Shown here piece after piece: positions 21,206 through 35,600 of a DNA stretch of 51,610 nt. Made by a program: the position numbers and the translations under genes. The stretch covers positions 124,001 through 175,610 of the forward strand of contig JAYWIR010000107.1 in assembly GCA_036172245.1 (NCBI GenBank), read 5' to 3'. The notes under the pieces were generated by a model. The model saw nothing but the letters and a program-made list of their open reading frames with translations. It had not been told where the DNA came from and ran no database searches. This DNA is from Raillietiella orientalis. Its lineage: Eukaryota. Position 1 is the first letter of the stretch, and every line of letters begins with the position of its first letter.

Positions 21206-24200
21206 TTTCTCACTCGGTCACGTCGGGACGTTTGTATCATATAATATAAACAAAAACAGTTATATAAAATAAACCAGCTAAAAACGATGCTTCGAACCGA
21301 CGACTGAAGGTTGATGAAGGGAAAATTCCTGGCACGCAGGCCAGAATAACACAGAATGGTGTGGGGGAAGTAGGAACACAAACAAACAAAAACAAAAGAA
21401 AAAAAAATCAATGGGGGACGCCGGGACAAGGGTCTTTGGGATCGCTATGGTTCTCACCGGTATGAAAGTAATGGCACCGGCAGTTTAGCAGAGCGAGCGG
21501 GTGAGGGGTAAGGGTTGAATTCAGGACGTAGTGATCAATGAATTAATATGTTCTTAAAAGTTTGTAAACCGGCCGTGGATGCCGGCAATGTTCTCTTTGA
21601 GCACGTCACGATGATGAGGCCACTTTGCTGCCTTTTCCATGGATTCTGCTGCGAACCGGTGAACCTCCCTTTGCTGCGCTGACAACTCCAGGGCGTAGCG
21701 GACCTTCACGATGGTGCGAATGCAACACATGGATGCGAATATCGCGCCTACTGAAAATCTATTTCTCCTGAGGAAGCGACGCAGCACATCAATGGCAGTG
21801 CCTTTTCGCGCCAGGATGGCTGCAATCAGCCTTAACCACAGTTCACGGGGGTCACCGCAGTCCGGCAAGAGGTGCGGAAAAGACTCGAACTCTCCGCACC
21901 TCAAACAGTTTGGCACCGCAGATCCCCCGGAAACGATGCTTCGCTGCCTATCACGGTAAAAGCTACAGTGTAGAAAGAGCAGCACATCTTGTTTCCACTT
22001 TAAGAAGTACAGGAACTGTCCAAACCAACGAGGGAGACCACTATCTCTTCGGGGGGTACACTTAAATGTTCACTCCACCGAAGCAGGCCCTTCGCCCGAT
22101 TACGAAGCGTGGCAGTTTCCACCAGCTCCTTTGTCGTCCAGCAGCCGAGGAGCATACTGACTCCCTTAATTGAGCAGGAAAACTCCCATTTCGCCGGTAG
22201 GCAACTCTCGTTGCTTGCTCTGAGGGCAGACAGAGCTGCGACGAGTGGTGTGGCGGCCAGACGATCCGACATCTGCCTGTCCTGCATGACTTCGTCCATT
22301 GGATGACTGAGGAGAAGTCGCAGGCGCCAAAGATCTTTCAAGCACGTTCCTTTGGAAGCTGCCCACGATGAAAAAGATTCCTGCCGCCATGCATTAATGT
22401 TCATGCGGCGGCAGGAGATCCAGCTTTGGGCTTCCAGCAGTGAGGACAGCTGCCTCAGCGGGAAGCCAAACCCTATTCTGGTGTGCCGAAAGTGGAGTAG
22501 CAACCAAAGCAGTCCCTCGCTTCCCGTGCAGCGCCTCATTATAAGGCGTGCGGGTAAGCACCACGGCGTCCACCACAGCTTGGCACAGAGCCGCAGCATG
22601 CGAAACTGCACCTGCAGTTCGATGCTGTTTAAGTCGAGGATGCCCAAGCCTGCATCCTGACGAGGCGCCTAAAAGTCTTTAAGTCTAACACGGGATCTTG
22701 CAGCGCCCCACAACGCTTTGCGTAGAAGGCGCTGCGCCCAGACTTTGACTTCCTGGGGGGCTGGACAAACAAAAAACAGAAGGCGGAGGAGGGGGGCAAC
22801 GAAGGTGTTCCAGATGCAGGCCCGTTCCGGCAAGACGAACTCGCCTCCTGAGAACTGGTCAAGTGCACGCTCTGCCTTCCGAAGGCAGTCTGAGCACGCC
22901 TCTGAGATGCAGAAATCGCCCAACGGCACGCCAAGGTACCTTAGGTACCTGCCGGTGGGGATCCCCAGGCGGATCCAGTCGGACTGCCCCTCCCACGTCG
23001 CTCCAACCAAAACAACCATGCACTTGCTCCTATTGACGCTCACGCTAGCACCGCGACGGATAAACTCAAAGAAATCTTCAAGCGACGCTGCCGGGGTGGA
23101 CATGGGCAACAGGAGCAGCTGGTCGTTTGCATAGGCGGCAACGGCCGGCGTACCTGGACAGGAGCTCGGCAGGTTGGCTAGCGTCAGCATGTAAGCCTCC
23201 AGCACCAATTCAAAATACATGCTGAAGTGATGCGGGCTGAAGCTATCATTCTGCCTACTTCCTCGCGTATCCAAAACGCCGTACACGCGACAGCCACTGA
23301 AAACAATGGATGTTATCGCGTGGCGCCAGCAGGAGCACAAGTACGCCAACAGGGATGCCAGGAGCCCCAGAAGTTCCTAGAGCTCAATAAGAAGCTTTTG
23401 GTTCACGCAATCGAAAGCTTTGTGGAAATCAACTGCAACCGCCAAGGCTCCCGGGGTTTTCCTTTGCGTCCCGCACCTTTGTTGGTGAGACATCTAAGGC
23501 GTTGCTTCCGCACGACGATTCATTGCCACGCGATGCTGCAATTGCAGCCATGTGCGGATGAACAAGAGGTTCGCGTCCATGCACCGCCCAGGAACAGCGT
23601 ACGTCTGCTCCGGACTTACCACAGACTCCGCGATTTTCCCCATTTGGGCCTCCCAAAGTTTTCAGAACAACATGACGTCCGAATTTACTAATGTGATCGG
23701 ACGCCAGTTGTTCAGTTGGCGCAAATCTCCGCCTTTCGGCAGTAGACGCACCTTCGCTGAGCGAAACGAGGCGGGGACATCGCCCGAGTCTCGCATCAGC
23801 GACGAGAGTTGGAGCTCCAGGGCAATGAGCTCCGCCGCAAAACACTGAAAGAATTACGCGAGGAGTCCATCCTCACCTGGCGCTTCTCGTCTCTTGAGTC
23901 CCGAGATGGCCGGAGAAAGTTCCTCTGCCGTGAAGGGCTCATGGAGACGCGCGCGTTCCTTCTCGTCTACAACAGGTGCATCAATCGGGAAAATCAGCTC
24001 GGAGAGACTTCGTTCCGTCGGTGCCTCTTCATGCAGAGAAGATTAATAGCACCTGTCTATCCGTCGCACGTTGGCTGGAGCCGAACGTTCACAGTCCTGG
24101 TCGTCGAGCATAAGTGTCGCCCTTCTCTGCCAGCCCTGGCGCTCGGCCGTGGCCTTGTACTCGGATAATCGACCAACGTCCGCGCGCCTAAAGTAGGAGC

Positions 24201-25808
24201 GGGCCTGCAGAGAATCTCTGCTGTTGGCTACACCCTCTTCGAAGCCGCGCGGAAGCTGTTGCAAGGGAAACCGGCAGGAAAACTCTCGAGCCGCTCTTTT
24301 CAGATCGTCCCAGTCCGCGAGCTCACTTATGGCGAAGCCGCGGAGGTACTGGCGAGGACGCTCCGCCTCCTCCGGGTGACTAAGTTAGTCTGCCGGCATC
24401 CTCCGAACTCAATTCGGACGCTCCGTGTCTGGCGGGAGCAGCTCGAACTCGAGCCTGTTGTGGTCTGAAAGCACGGACGGCATGCGACCTCTCCGACCCA
24501 CTCGAGAGAGCAAGTGTTCATCGAGAAATACATGGTCCGGTGATGTTGCTATAACAGGGTTGTTAGCGAACAAGTTGCACGTGTGCACGGTAGCGAACAT
24601 CTTTTCTACTAGGAACTTTTCCCTTTTGTGTGCACTTTTCTGGGTCAGCAGGTGCACGTTAAAGTCCCCCGCAATGAAGTGCGCCATAGTAGAGTGATCA
24701 CGAGAAAACCACTGGCTCTAAACGGTACCGAAGAACTCAGTCCTTTCGGCATATCGTTCAGCACCCCAATGCGCGAAAACGTTCGTTACGACAAGGTCGA
24801 TCGAGTCGGACCACTTAAGTACAAGCTGTCCTACTCGGCCTTCCGTGTCGAAGCGAACGCCGTGCACCGCTTCCGCCAAAGTTCCTCGTTCGAGGAAAGC
24901 GATGCCGCACGTTGGTGCGACGCCGCACCTATAATGTAACCTTCCGCCGCGCGCAGTTCGATTTTGGCAGCCTGCTCTTTGGAGATGCTGTGAATCTCGT
25001 GCAGGAGCGTCAAGTATAAGTCGCGCAGAGCGTTAGCCACAAGTCGCCTCTTCTTGTCGTGTTGGAGACCGTTGAGGTTGCAGCATGCCACGGCAACACG
25101 ACGAGAAGACGCGATCGCCCTCATCACGGCTGGGATAGCGAGGCCGTGGTGCTCGCCTCTCCCGGCGAGCGGGCAGCAGACAGTACGAAGGGATGGAGGG
25201 AGCGGTTGCCACCGGTCTCCACCGTGCTGCGCGTAATCGGTGCTTCTCCCCGAGTGCGGAACCTACGGGTCCCGGGGAGAGCACTCTCCGTTCCGCGGAG
25301 TGTGTATCACGCCTCACGGCGTCAGCCCTGCAAATTCTCGATCCCGTGCCAGTAACACGTCGTTGAGCGCCGTTATAGGACTCCTTTACGGAATCTGATG
25401 CTCGCACGATTGGCGTGCGCTTGCATCCGTCCGATCGCACCGGAATCGTTTGCTCGGCGGTCATAGAGGCGAAATTGCACGCGTTGACAGCGCTGGCTTT
25501 TTCCAGGGCAGAAGAACCCTCCGCGCGGGTTTTCTTCTTCACGCGGCTGTTGTTTGCCTTAAAACAGCTAACAGATGGAGGTTGCGAAGCCTTCCTGTGA
25601 GATTTTTCTTTTCTCCTCTCGACAATCTCCCACTTGCCGTTACGATTTCCGGAAGCTTCCGCGACTTTCGTCTCGTAAACCTTCGGAGTTTTCGCTACCG
25701 TATCTAAATGCGTAGCTTTCTCCACGCCTTGAAAAGGAGGTAGCGCAGTCGCCTTTTTGGAAGTCGGAAGATTGCTCCTTTGTTGACGATTCGGTAAACT
25801 GGCTTCAA
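21206..25808 (-). mobile_element. Family G LINE, 3' part (ORF1 C-terminus, ORF2 25127->21554, 3' UTR)
   Basis: CNLNG, GDFN, SPDHVF, SDH, KAFD, YAND, RYLG, CLRCGEFESFPHLLPDC; degenerate terminal hairpin at 21210-21235. Confidence 0.85.
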
Positions 25809-26047
25809 GGTTCAGTGTATAGCGCGCACGACGACAGTTGATTAGTTAATTGTGATCGTGTGTGCCCGGAGAAAAAAAGTTTCCAGAAGAAAGTGAGTGT
25901 GGACAAGAGTGTGCTGCGTAGGATCTGCTCATACAACTACAAAAGAAGCGCCGAGGAGATCACAGCGGAAGACCTTCAAACTTCCTCAGCGGCAGTTTTA
26001 GCTGCAAGGATGCAGGCATTAGCAGGAGAGAAGAGGCCGACGTCCCC

Positions 26048-27790
26048 TTGCAGATGGAGGTAACGTATGGCAACGGCGATGCCGAGGATCGCGCCCACGG
26101 CGGGCTACGCTGCGCCGGTGGCGGCGATGCCAAGGATCGCGTCCTCGGCGGGGACGGTGAAGGTCGTACCTGTGGCGTTGACGACGAGGATCGCGCCCGC
26201 GGAGGCAACGAACACGCCTGCGGCGGCGATGCCAAGGGTTGCGCCCGCAGCAGCGGTGGCGGCAACGTCGAGGTTGCGCTCGCGGCGGCGTCCCAGGCGG
26301 GACCAGCGCGCGTCTACACTGTGCAGGGAGCGCAAGATGCGACGCCATCTTGCTCGGCTGAGGCGGTGCAGCCGTTTTCGAACGCATCGGTGGCGGCGGG
26401 GAAGGTCAGTGTGCATCCGCTAAGAAAATTCGGCAAACGTCTAAGAGGGAAAGTCAAAAAGGTAGATCGGTCTATCGTCCAGTTATGGCCAGAGGTGAAG
26501 CCTACTATTTTTAAGACTGGATTGATAAAGTTCAACAATATCAGGGAGATATATCTGTCTCTAGACAGAACAGACATAGATTTTGATCGTAACCACGCAA
26601 TCATTCCAAGCAACAACGGGTTCACGGTCTTCGCGGACTGTGAATACATTAGGGAAGGATTGATCCAGAAGAAGATCAATATTCAAGTAAGGATGGTTTG
26701 TGGCGTTGGCAAGATGCCATACACGACCGTGTTTTCAAATAGCATATCCATCTACACACTCCAACTAACGGTGTGGAAATACTTGGAGAAGTTTGGGGAA
26801 GTTCTCTACCTCGAGTTCGAGAACTTCTCAGGAAAAATCTTTTCTGGCGACATGATCGCCAACATAAAATTAAAGGAAGGCGCGGCGATCCCTGGGATAG
26901 CAGTCATTGATGAGCCATCACATTGTGTGAAAGTGCGTTATCGGCAACCGCCAATATTTTGCATTGGATGCAAGCAGTTTGGCCACAGGGCAGGCGCTTG
27001 CTCAACATCTCGATCCTACCGCTGCGGCAAGATAGGACAACAAGTCCAAAACTGCCGCAGCCGGAGGTTTGTTCGTTCTTCAAGACGCATGGGCACGGTA
27101 AATGGAGATGCCCTCAATTCGCCATTTGCAGAGGGATCAGAGGACTCTCTCCCGTGAGAGACAGGAATATAAAAGAGGCGGAAGGTCCTCAAAAGTTGGC
27201 AGGAAGGCCGAAGAAGACTAAGGAAGCCTTGCCGGTATCGGCGAACGGTCTTATTGAAGTCGGTAAAAAGGGAAAGAAAAAGATGCTCGTCTAGGAGGAG
27301 AAAGCCTCTCTTGCCCCAGAAAGAGCAGCGGAAGGCTAGAAAATGGAGACAGCACTGGAAGAAGCAAAGGTGGAAAAAGAAGCCACTCCATTGTCTTAGG
27401 ACGCCCTGCAGTCCACCGAAGAGCTGGCTAAACTGGCGTAAGAAGTGATCGAGGTGCAAAGCGGGCCCAAGCAAAAGCAAATCCTGCAGAAGATCTGCAA
27501 CGCACAGGAGACGGTGAATAAGGTGGTGGAAGTTACCGAGCGCGAGAGACTAAAGGAACAGCTTCTCGACATTAAGGCGAACTTCTGCGCAAAGGTGGCG
27601 ATAGAGGATATACCTAGGAAACTTATCGCGCGAGCAGAACACTCTACGGAGGAGGCCGAATTCACCGAGCTCACCGGGACGGAGAATAACCCTGCTAGCG
27701 GCAAAACCCGCTCCTTCTTCATCGTCTGGAAAAGCACGCTCTCCCAGACAGAAGAAGCTCAGGAAGGCCAAAAAGTCTGTCTTCCCCTTT
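26048..27790 (+). pseudogene. H ORF1 (zinc knuckles, charged C-terminal half), disrupted; start uncertain
   Basis: ORF 26048..27157 plus frameshifted continuation to ~27790. Confidence 0.72.
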
Positions 27791-30700
27791 ATGGCCTTAT
27801 ACCTGTCGACCGCCAGGAACATCAACATCTCCTCCTGGAACGTAAATGGGTTAGTCGACAAGAGAAAGAGAAAGAGGATTGTGCGGATCATCGCACAACA
27901 AGACATCGGCAAGACATCGTGTGCCTGCAACAGACCCACACGTTGGGTGTCCAAATCATCCAGCAAATGGAACGACGTTTTAATAAGCAGATGCTCGTTA
28001 GCGAGGGAGAACGAAACACGCAGGGTGTGGAGGTCTTGGTCAAGAACCAACTGGCTCCTACCATTCTGAAAATCTTCTGTCGCTTGCAGGGACGTATAAT
28101 GGGCGTATGACTGGCCTGGATCCCTCACGTTCACCTTTCCTGGGTAAACGTGTACAAGCCACACAGGTACAAATATTGATGTGCGGAGGCACTGCATGCA
28201 GCACTCCGGGAGAAGGTCGCGTCCAAGGACGTCGTGATCGTTGCTGGCGATCTTAATATCCTAGACGAACACACAAGATTCCAGGACGCCTCAGGAAGAA
28301 GGCATATCGGTGGCTGTCGGACGAGTTCTGACTGGTGTGGCGAACAGGAAGTCACAAGTCAATCGATCACGTCCTTCACAGCACCGAACTAGGGAATCGC
28401 ATTCAGGATTTTCGAGACACATTGACCACTCTGTCCGATCACCCGTTGGTGCGGTTTTTCCTAAGAACGGAGAATCCTCGGCGGAGGCAAGGCACCAGGG
28501 CGGCGCTCATCAGCATGCTTGCCTGGTTCGAGACACATTGGACATTAGGAGGTCCTGAAAACGATTCTGAAGACCACAAAAATCAGAAAAGTCGCCCACT
28601 GGGACAGCGTGAAACACAGGATATACCTGTTTGCAAATATGCAATTCAGGGATAGGCGCTTGAGGCAGGAGGCATACCGTGAGCTGAACATCCAAGATCG
28701 CTCACTCTCCAAGTACTTCGAGGAGTACGAGAGACGGTACGTCTTCCATAATGTAAAAGGGGAAGTCGGCGTGCTGGAGAAGAGAAATCTGGCAACAGAT
28801 ATCTTCTGCATCCAGTACGGTGATCAAAGACGACACACGTCTGAAGATATCGTAGATGTCTTCGAAAGGCATTATACGGACCGCTTTCGACGCGAACAAC
28901 TGTATCTGGCTACGCCAAACACCTTCCTGGGCTATCTTGAAAAGAAGCTTGACGACCTCCAGCGGAAGAGACTGGAGGAGCATTTTACCGAAGAAGAGGT
29001 GAAGACTGCGTTCGGTCAATTACGCAAGGACGTGGCAGCAGGCCCTGATGATGTCCCCATCTCTCATTATCAGAGGTACCTGCACTCCTACCTGCGTTTA
29101 TTGCACCAGTTGACCCTCTGCATCCGACAAGAAGGACGACTGCCGGAGTCTTCCAACGAGAGCAGGACGAGATTGTTGCCGAAAGGAGGCGACCTATCCA
29201 GGATAGGCCAATGGAGGCCAATCTAATCCTTAACTCGGATGCCAAGTGGTTTGCGAAGATCTGTGCCAACCGTTTAGGCAAAGATATGTCGAGGATGATA
29301 TCTCCTGTTCAGACGTGTGCGGTACCCTGGCGCCACATGCTGGACAATGTCAAGTGCGCTCAAGCTATCGTGGGACTTAGCCGATACGTCGGCGAGAACC
29401 TGGTGCTTGCGTTCACAGACATAAAGAAAGCCTTCCACACCATCGACCACGGGATGCTGCTGAAGATTTTGGAAAAGCTAAGACTTCCAGAATACTTCAG
29501 CTTCTTCGTGCAAATGATCCTAAGGAATCAACACTTCCGGATTAAAATCAATGGAATGGAAACGGCAGTCATTCGGATGGGACGAGGAGTTCGGCAGGCC
29601 GACTCGCTAAGTCCGATGCTGTCCGTTATCTAAATGGAGGCGCTCTCTTCTTTCGTCGAGAAGATCGAACGTTTGAACGGAGTGAACGTAGACGACCAGA
29701 AGCTCATTCATCTATCCTACTCCGACGATCTCCTCTTCTTCATAAGAGGAGAGAGGGATCAACAAACGTTCCTAGATGTGGAGAGCCTTATGAAAGATGG
29801 ACTGGGCTTGAAGATCAATGCCCAGAACAGCCAGCTTTTGCCCGTCGGAATACAGGATCTCTCCGCCCTCACGAGGACCAGATTCCGTACGGTACACGTA
29901 CCTGGGAGTCTACATAGCCCACGACTCCGTGTCGAATCTACTGTGAACGGAAATCCTGGGGAAAACGGTCAAGGAGGCAGCAAAATACACTTGACTGGAC
30001 TTTGGGATGAAGCGAAGGGCCAACCTGTGGAACGTAGTACTCCTTCCAAAGGTACTCTTCGGGGTGGCCTTCGGGAGGATGAACAAGGAAACCACGAGGG
30101 AGTTCGAAAAGCTGCAACGCAAAACACTGTGGGGCCACTACCGACCAAGAGTACGGCTCAAACCCCTGTGTCGTCCCAGGGAAGAAGGCGGTTCCGGGAT
30201 GAAGTCGCTTGAACACTCCATAGAAATCCTGGATACGCGACACTTCCTGGACATTGCCACTCACTGGGATGACTGTCCTTATGCGGCGCACAGGGCCTAC
30301 GCGTTGTTGCTTAACAACTCGAAAGGCCTGATGACTGCGCTGCTAGGCCGAGCAGGCGAATGGAAAAAAATCGACCCAACCTGGACGAGGAAGCAACGAC
30401 TGGTGCGAAAGCACAAAATCAAGATTGTACCGCAAAGCAGGGAACTCTAGAAGGAGGAGTCTATCGTGGTGATGCCTTGGATGCTTCCGGTTCCCTCGGA
30501 CACAAGAAGCTGGATCTACCGGCGGTCCAGAGTTACCCTGCTTCGAGTCCAGGAGTGGAGAAGAGGAGGCTACCCACACCACACTCGTATACTTAGGTTT
30601 ATAGAGATGATGTTACGAAGGTTCAACCACATGACCCGCGAGGTGTGGACCAACCACAACGAACTCGCGTAGTCGAGGGTGACCAAAATAAACCTCCGAA

Positions 30701-31315
30701 GACTCATCAAAGAAGACGATCGATACATTAGTGCCTTACAAGGAGCCGCCGGTCGCTACGGGAGTGACCGGATCAACCTGTTAGCGATCGGAACTACGCT
30801 CTGGAGGAGTGACCATCCGCCGGAAACGCAGGACAATCTCCTGATGTTTTATCATAGACGAATCCAAAGCGGGTCCAGACTTCAGTACTTCACCGGAAGA
30901 CGTGAAGATCGATTCTGCGCAGCATGTGGTGACACCGACACGAGACTTCACTTCTTGACGTTTCCCACATTGCTAGACGACTGGCTGATCCTGAAAAGTA
31001 TCATTGGACTATCCACCAGCTACACAATGGAGATACTCGCCGGGATGTTTCAGGGAGATGGTAATGTCCCCTGTTACAATCCCATGGTGAGGAAGCCTCT
31101 TCATCACCGCCATACTTGTGCGGTGCTGGAAGATGAGGAAAGCCAGGAGAGCCGCACCTCCGATAGAGATCCTTTAAGGACTCATCAAGAAGAAGATCGG
31201 CATGAGGAATTGTGGGCGAATCCTTGCCTGGACCTACCGATTCATCCTGAAGAGGATTGAAGACGACGCCCGGGAACAAACATCTGGAAACCGAACCTGA
31301 AAGCAGAACTTGTAA
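27791..31315 (+). pseudogene. H ORF2 (APE-RT-zinc finger), many frameshifts; 3' limit approximate
   Basis: ORFs 27791..28069, 28609..29226, 29211..29633, 29634..30212, 30007..30450, 30679..31260. Confidence 0.85.
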
Positions 31316-31403
31316 TATCCTCAGGGATTCAGAGTGATGTAAAGTGGGTATGTTGTATGAATGTGATTGTAGAATGAATGTGTTTTAAAAAATGGGAAAT
31401 AAA

Positions 31404-32640
31404 TTCAACCCATTCCTTGTGGGACTTAGGGAAAATTGCCGAGTCGGTGGAGGGGCGGCTGTCTGCAGCGTGTTTTCGCACGGCACGCCGCTGGCGACTA
31501 TCCTACGCAGAGGCCCCTGCGTAGGATTGGGACTTTGCCGATTTCCGAAGGGACAGCGGGTTAGAGCTGGAAGTATTCGCCCGGTGGCGATCTTCCTGCT
31601 CTCCTACCTTTCCTACTGAGGGTCTTCGGAAATTTCTTGGTTCCTGGCTTGGAGAATTGCTTCCGAGTACGGCAGCGAGGGCGGGCACGGCACGCGTCGC
31701 GCCCTCGCGCCCCTTTTGAAATGCCTTCTTCGCCGCGATTTCTCCCTTTTGGGGCGTTGCGGGCGGGGACGCCTTTTGTATAGCCGCGTATTGCTTGGGT
31801 CTTTTGCCAAGAATCCGCGGACACTGTTTTTTCTTGGGGGCAGCGGCCTTTCGTGCGTTGGTATCTTGAACGCGACGAACTTCCGCTGCTACTTTTTTCT
31901 TTGCAAGGACCATGCACTTTTTTATTTCGTGCCCGGTTTTTTTGCAGCAGCGGCATTTCGGGGTGGAACATTCCTTCTTTCGGTGTCCCTCCTTGCCGCA
32001 CAGCTCGCACGCGCGATTCTGTTCTATAAACCACAGGTGAACGACCGTGCCGTTCACCTGCAGCTTCTCGGGCACAACACGCCTGTTCGCGACGGTGATC
32101 TGCGCGCAGGCTTGTCCAATGTGGACAGAGGGGAAATCCTTCAGAGGATTGGGCCTCCTCCACAGAGCGTGCACGGTGGCGAACTTTACCAGCACACTTA
32201 TCTAGTATCTACGTATATTCCATCCTGCCTGCAGGCATGATGGCAAGAAGCTCCTCCTCCCGAACCCCGATCCGGAAGAGCTCGTCGTTGAGCTCGCCCG
32301 ATCCTCCCGTTAAGGGGCCCACTGACATTAAAACGGAGTGCAAGCATGCAGCCGGATGCCACATAAGCCTGCAACACCGCATCGCAGGGTCATGCTCTCT
32401 GGGAGATGACAACGGCGTAGCTCCTCACCGAAGGCGAGGAAACCGTCACGGAGGATGCAGCCGCTTCCATTTCAATTGATTCGAATTCAACGGCTGTCTC
32501 CTTCACACCATTTCCAGAAGTGGCCATGCTGCACAACGCTGCTTCGTCCACTTCCATGAAACACACAATTGCGAGCGAAAACTCACGCACAAAGATGCTC
32601 GATCGCGGACGCGGAGAGACGCGAAAACGTCTGCACTGTG
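31404..32640 (-). mobile_element. LINE 5' UTR and ORF1 5' half, interpreted as the 5' part of G
   Basis: ORF 31503..32195 with CELCGKEGHRKKECSTPKCRCCKKTGHEIKKC; same strand as G and complementary to the ORF1 piece at 25125-25808. Confidence 0.78.
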
Positions 32641-35600
32641 CGAACGCAGCAGATGGAACGGATCTCGGGTGGATGGCTGCTGTGGCGCTGCAGCACCGCG
32701 AAATTAAGGGGTGTCGCCTTCCTGCTCCGGCCTTCCATCGAGGCCGCAAAAAATGCGTACGGTTTGATGACGCCGTTCGCGTCGTTCGGCTGACTCTCAG
32801 CTGGTCCGACTCAATCGACGTGGTCGTCACCAACCTGTACGGTCCTAGCAGTAACGACACGTTGAGGGCTAAGGCTATTAGAGAATTCTACCTTGCCCTC
32901 GGATTCGAATGACTGACCGGAGTAATTGTTCGTAAAGCGCACTTGATCGCAGGTGATTTAAACCTGCGCCTGATTTCAGGTGCGCAGGGTACACTGAACG
33001 ACCGCTCCAACGAGTTGTGCGCACAAATGCAGACGTGCAACTTGCTGGCCAGAGATACGGACATGGAACGCAGCATCGATCACGTGTACCTTAACCCGCA
33101 CCAATGCTCTCGCGTGGGCGAAGGCGGGAAGTTACCGTCCGAGCTTTCGGACCATGGCTAAATAGTGTTCGAAGTGCATCCGCGCGACAAGGGCTCCCCT
33201 CATCAGCGTACCGTCTGTCATGGGACTGGCTGAAGCTCCCGGACGCGGCGGAACATATCCATGCGTTCATACGGAGCTTCAGGATGCGGACGCTTTAGGA
33301 CTGGGACCGCTGAAAGTGGCCAGTCCAGGAGTTCTGCGATCAGTTCCCTTTGCATCGCCTACCTGTGGGATTTGTGGAGGGGCCGCGTAACCATAGGTCC
33401 TATCTACAGGCGCGACGTTACGCGAGAACCCGAGACATGCGAAGGCTAGCGGAGTATCGAGCGCGAGCCGAGAGGCAAGCCTGGCAATACGCATCGGCCA
33501 GCTTGCTGGACGACCAAAACCGGGAGCACTCGGCTCCTGCTCAGAAGCGCGGGATTGTCCGTAAATTTTACTCCTCGCTGTACGCTAGGGGGTTTCCATG
33601 GCATGATGTCTCACGACTTCTGCTTCCAGAATATGCTTCAGCGATCAAAGATGAGAAGAAAAAGGAGCCTTTACGAGCCTTTCACGATGGACGACATCAT
33701 CTCGGTCATCGGAAAGCTCAAGAAACGGAAAACTCCAGGAGAGGACGGCCTGCCTGCAAATTTTCATCAAACTTCCTTGGCAGAGCTTACTCTTCTGGTA
33801 CATCAGCTCGCCCTGCTGTTTTGCGAGACAGGTGACGTTCCCACCTCGTTTTGTTTAGCAAAGGTGCGGCTCCTCCCTAAGGGAAGAGACCTGAGGAGCA
33901 TGGACAACTGGCATCCCATCACAATAGTGAATGTAGACGCAAAGTTGCTAGCCAAGCTGTGAACAGAGCGTCTGGGACGGGTTGTTAACATCTTCATCAG
34001 CCCGAAACACACATATGCTGTTCCCGGGCGGAGCATGGAGGCGAACCTGTTCCACGCTTCCACATGGTCAGAGCTCCAACAAAGAAGGGGCTTATTGAAC
34101 AGCCGGAATTCCGGGCGTTTGTTGGTGGAAAACGGGACGGTCGGGTGGGTAAGGGATCCCTTGCGGTCGCTGTCCGATTGCGTAAAGCATTCGACAGCGT
34201 CGTCCAGAATCTCCTGATGGAGCTTCTGAAACGCTTGGGCTTCCCGACCTCTTTGTTAGCCTACCTGCGCTCCAGCTGGCGCGACGCGCTTATTAACATC
34301 TTTTTCAGTGGGAATTCCGTGCACGGCGTACCGGTGCGACGCGGCATACGGCAGAGAGACAGCCTGAGCCCCTTGCTGTTTAGCGCCTATTTAAAATTGG
34401 TGCTGAGAGCGTACAGGGAGACTTTGGCGCACCTGCCGCGCGATTGTCCCGGTACGCCGACGGTTTCGGTATATGCAGGCGATCTGCTGCTGCTGCTCCG
34501 TATGTCCACCCCGTCTACAGCGGTCGAGGAGTTCCTCGACCTGCTGCATCGGGGAACCGGACTTACGATGAACAGGGCGAAGTCGTCCCTAATGCCAGTC
34601 GGAGCGGCGTGGGCAGGACAGCAGGACTGGATCCGTTTGGGGATTCCCATATTAAGGTACTTTAAGTACCTTGATGTGCCGTTGGGGGATTATCCCCCTG
34701 CAGAAGAGTGATCCGGCTGCCTTCAGAAGGCTCAGACGGCGATAGGCCCGTTCCAGGACGGCAGGTTCTTCCTCCACGAATGGGTCGCTGCGTGGAACGC
34801 GTTCGCGGCTCCTCTCCTCCGCTTCTTGCTTTTTGTTTGCCCCTTCTCAGCGGAGATCAAAAAAGGACTAAGGACCTCCTTGAGATCGCCCTTTGTGGCA
34901 GAGGGAGGCCCGAGTTCGTCTTGCAAACTTGTGCGCTCTGCGTCGGAATGGTGGTCCAGGTACCCTGACGCTGAAGCGGCTGGAGCTTCAGCTCCAGTTC
35001 TGAATAATTGCTTTCATGGCAAGGAACTGGTGCACACCCTGGTGCGTCCCTGCACGCCTCCTCGTCGAGCAGGTCAACGGCAACGCGGGACTCTTCTCCT
35101 ACTTTGCACTCCGAAGGCCGATCTGCCACTGCGGAATTCAGCTTCGAAGGGCGGCCAAACTCGTAAGAAACAAAGCGGGATCCATCTACGTACGCCAAGC
35201 AAACGGTCCTGCCTGGCTGCAGGAAACCTTTCGAACGTGGGCAATGAATCAGAAGCAGAGCCCGCAACTGGAGAGAATAGCTCTGGTCGGGCCGCGCGCC
35301 CACCGCACGCTCCGAGAAATCATCGAGGATCACCGAAGGAGAGCGTTGGAAGAAGGAATTTCCCTTGCTGCGGTACTGCCTCCTTTAAGGGAACATATGG
35401 GCAGCGACGTCGCGGCACAATGGGAGATTACCTTCAACATCGCTCGCAAAGGTAAGAAGGTCGGGGATTGGAGAATGGGTCAGCTGACCAACGCTGCGAC
35501 ACCGGGGACCACCCCACACGGACTGTTACGCTGAGGTGAGCAACTGGATGTTCCGGAGGAACATGTCGAGGGGCCCCCAGTGCACATGGACTCCCGCACC

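Larger units (their letters stand above)
25809..31403 (+). mobile_element. Family H LINE, full length (~5.6 kb), divergent L1/Tx1-like, degenerate
   Basis: ORF1 with CIGCKQFGHRAGAC, ORF2 WNVNG/GDLN/SIDH/SDH/KKAF/QADSLSP/YSDD/CAACG; ends at AATAAA; possible 5-bp TSD TTCAA (25804-25808, 31404-31408). Confidence 0.85.
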
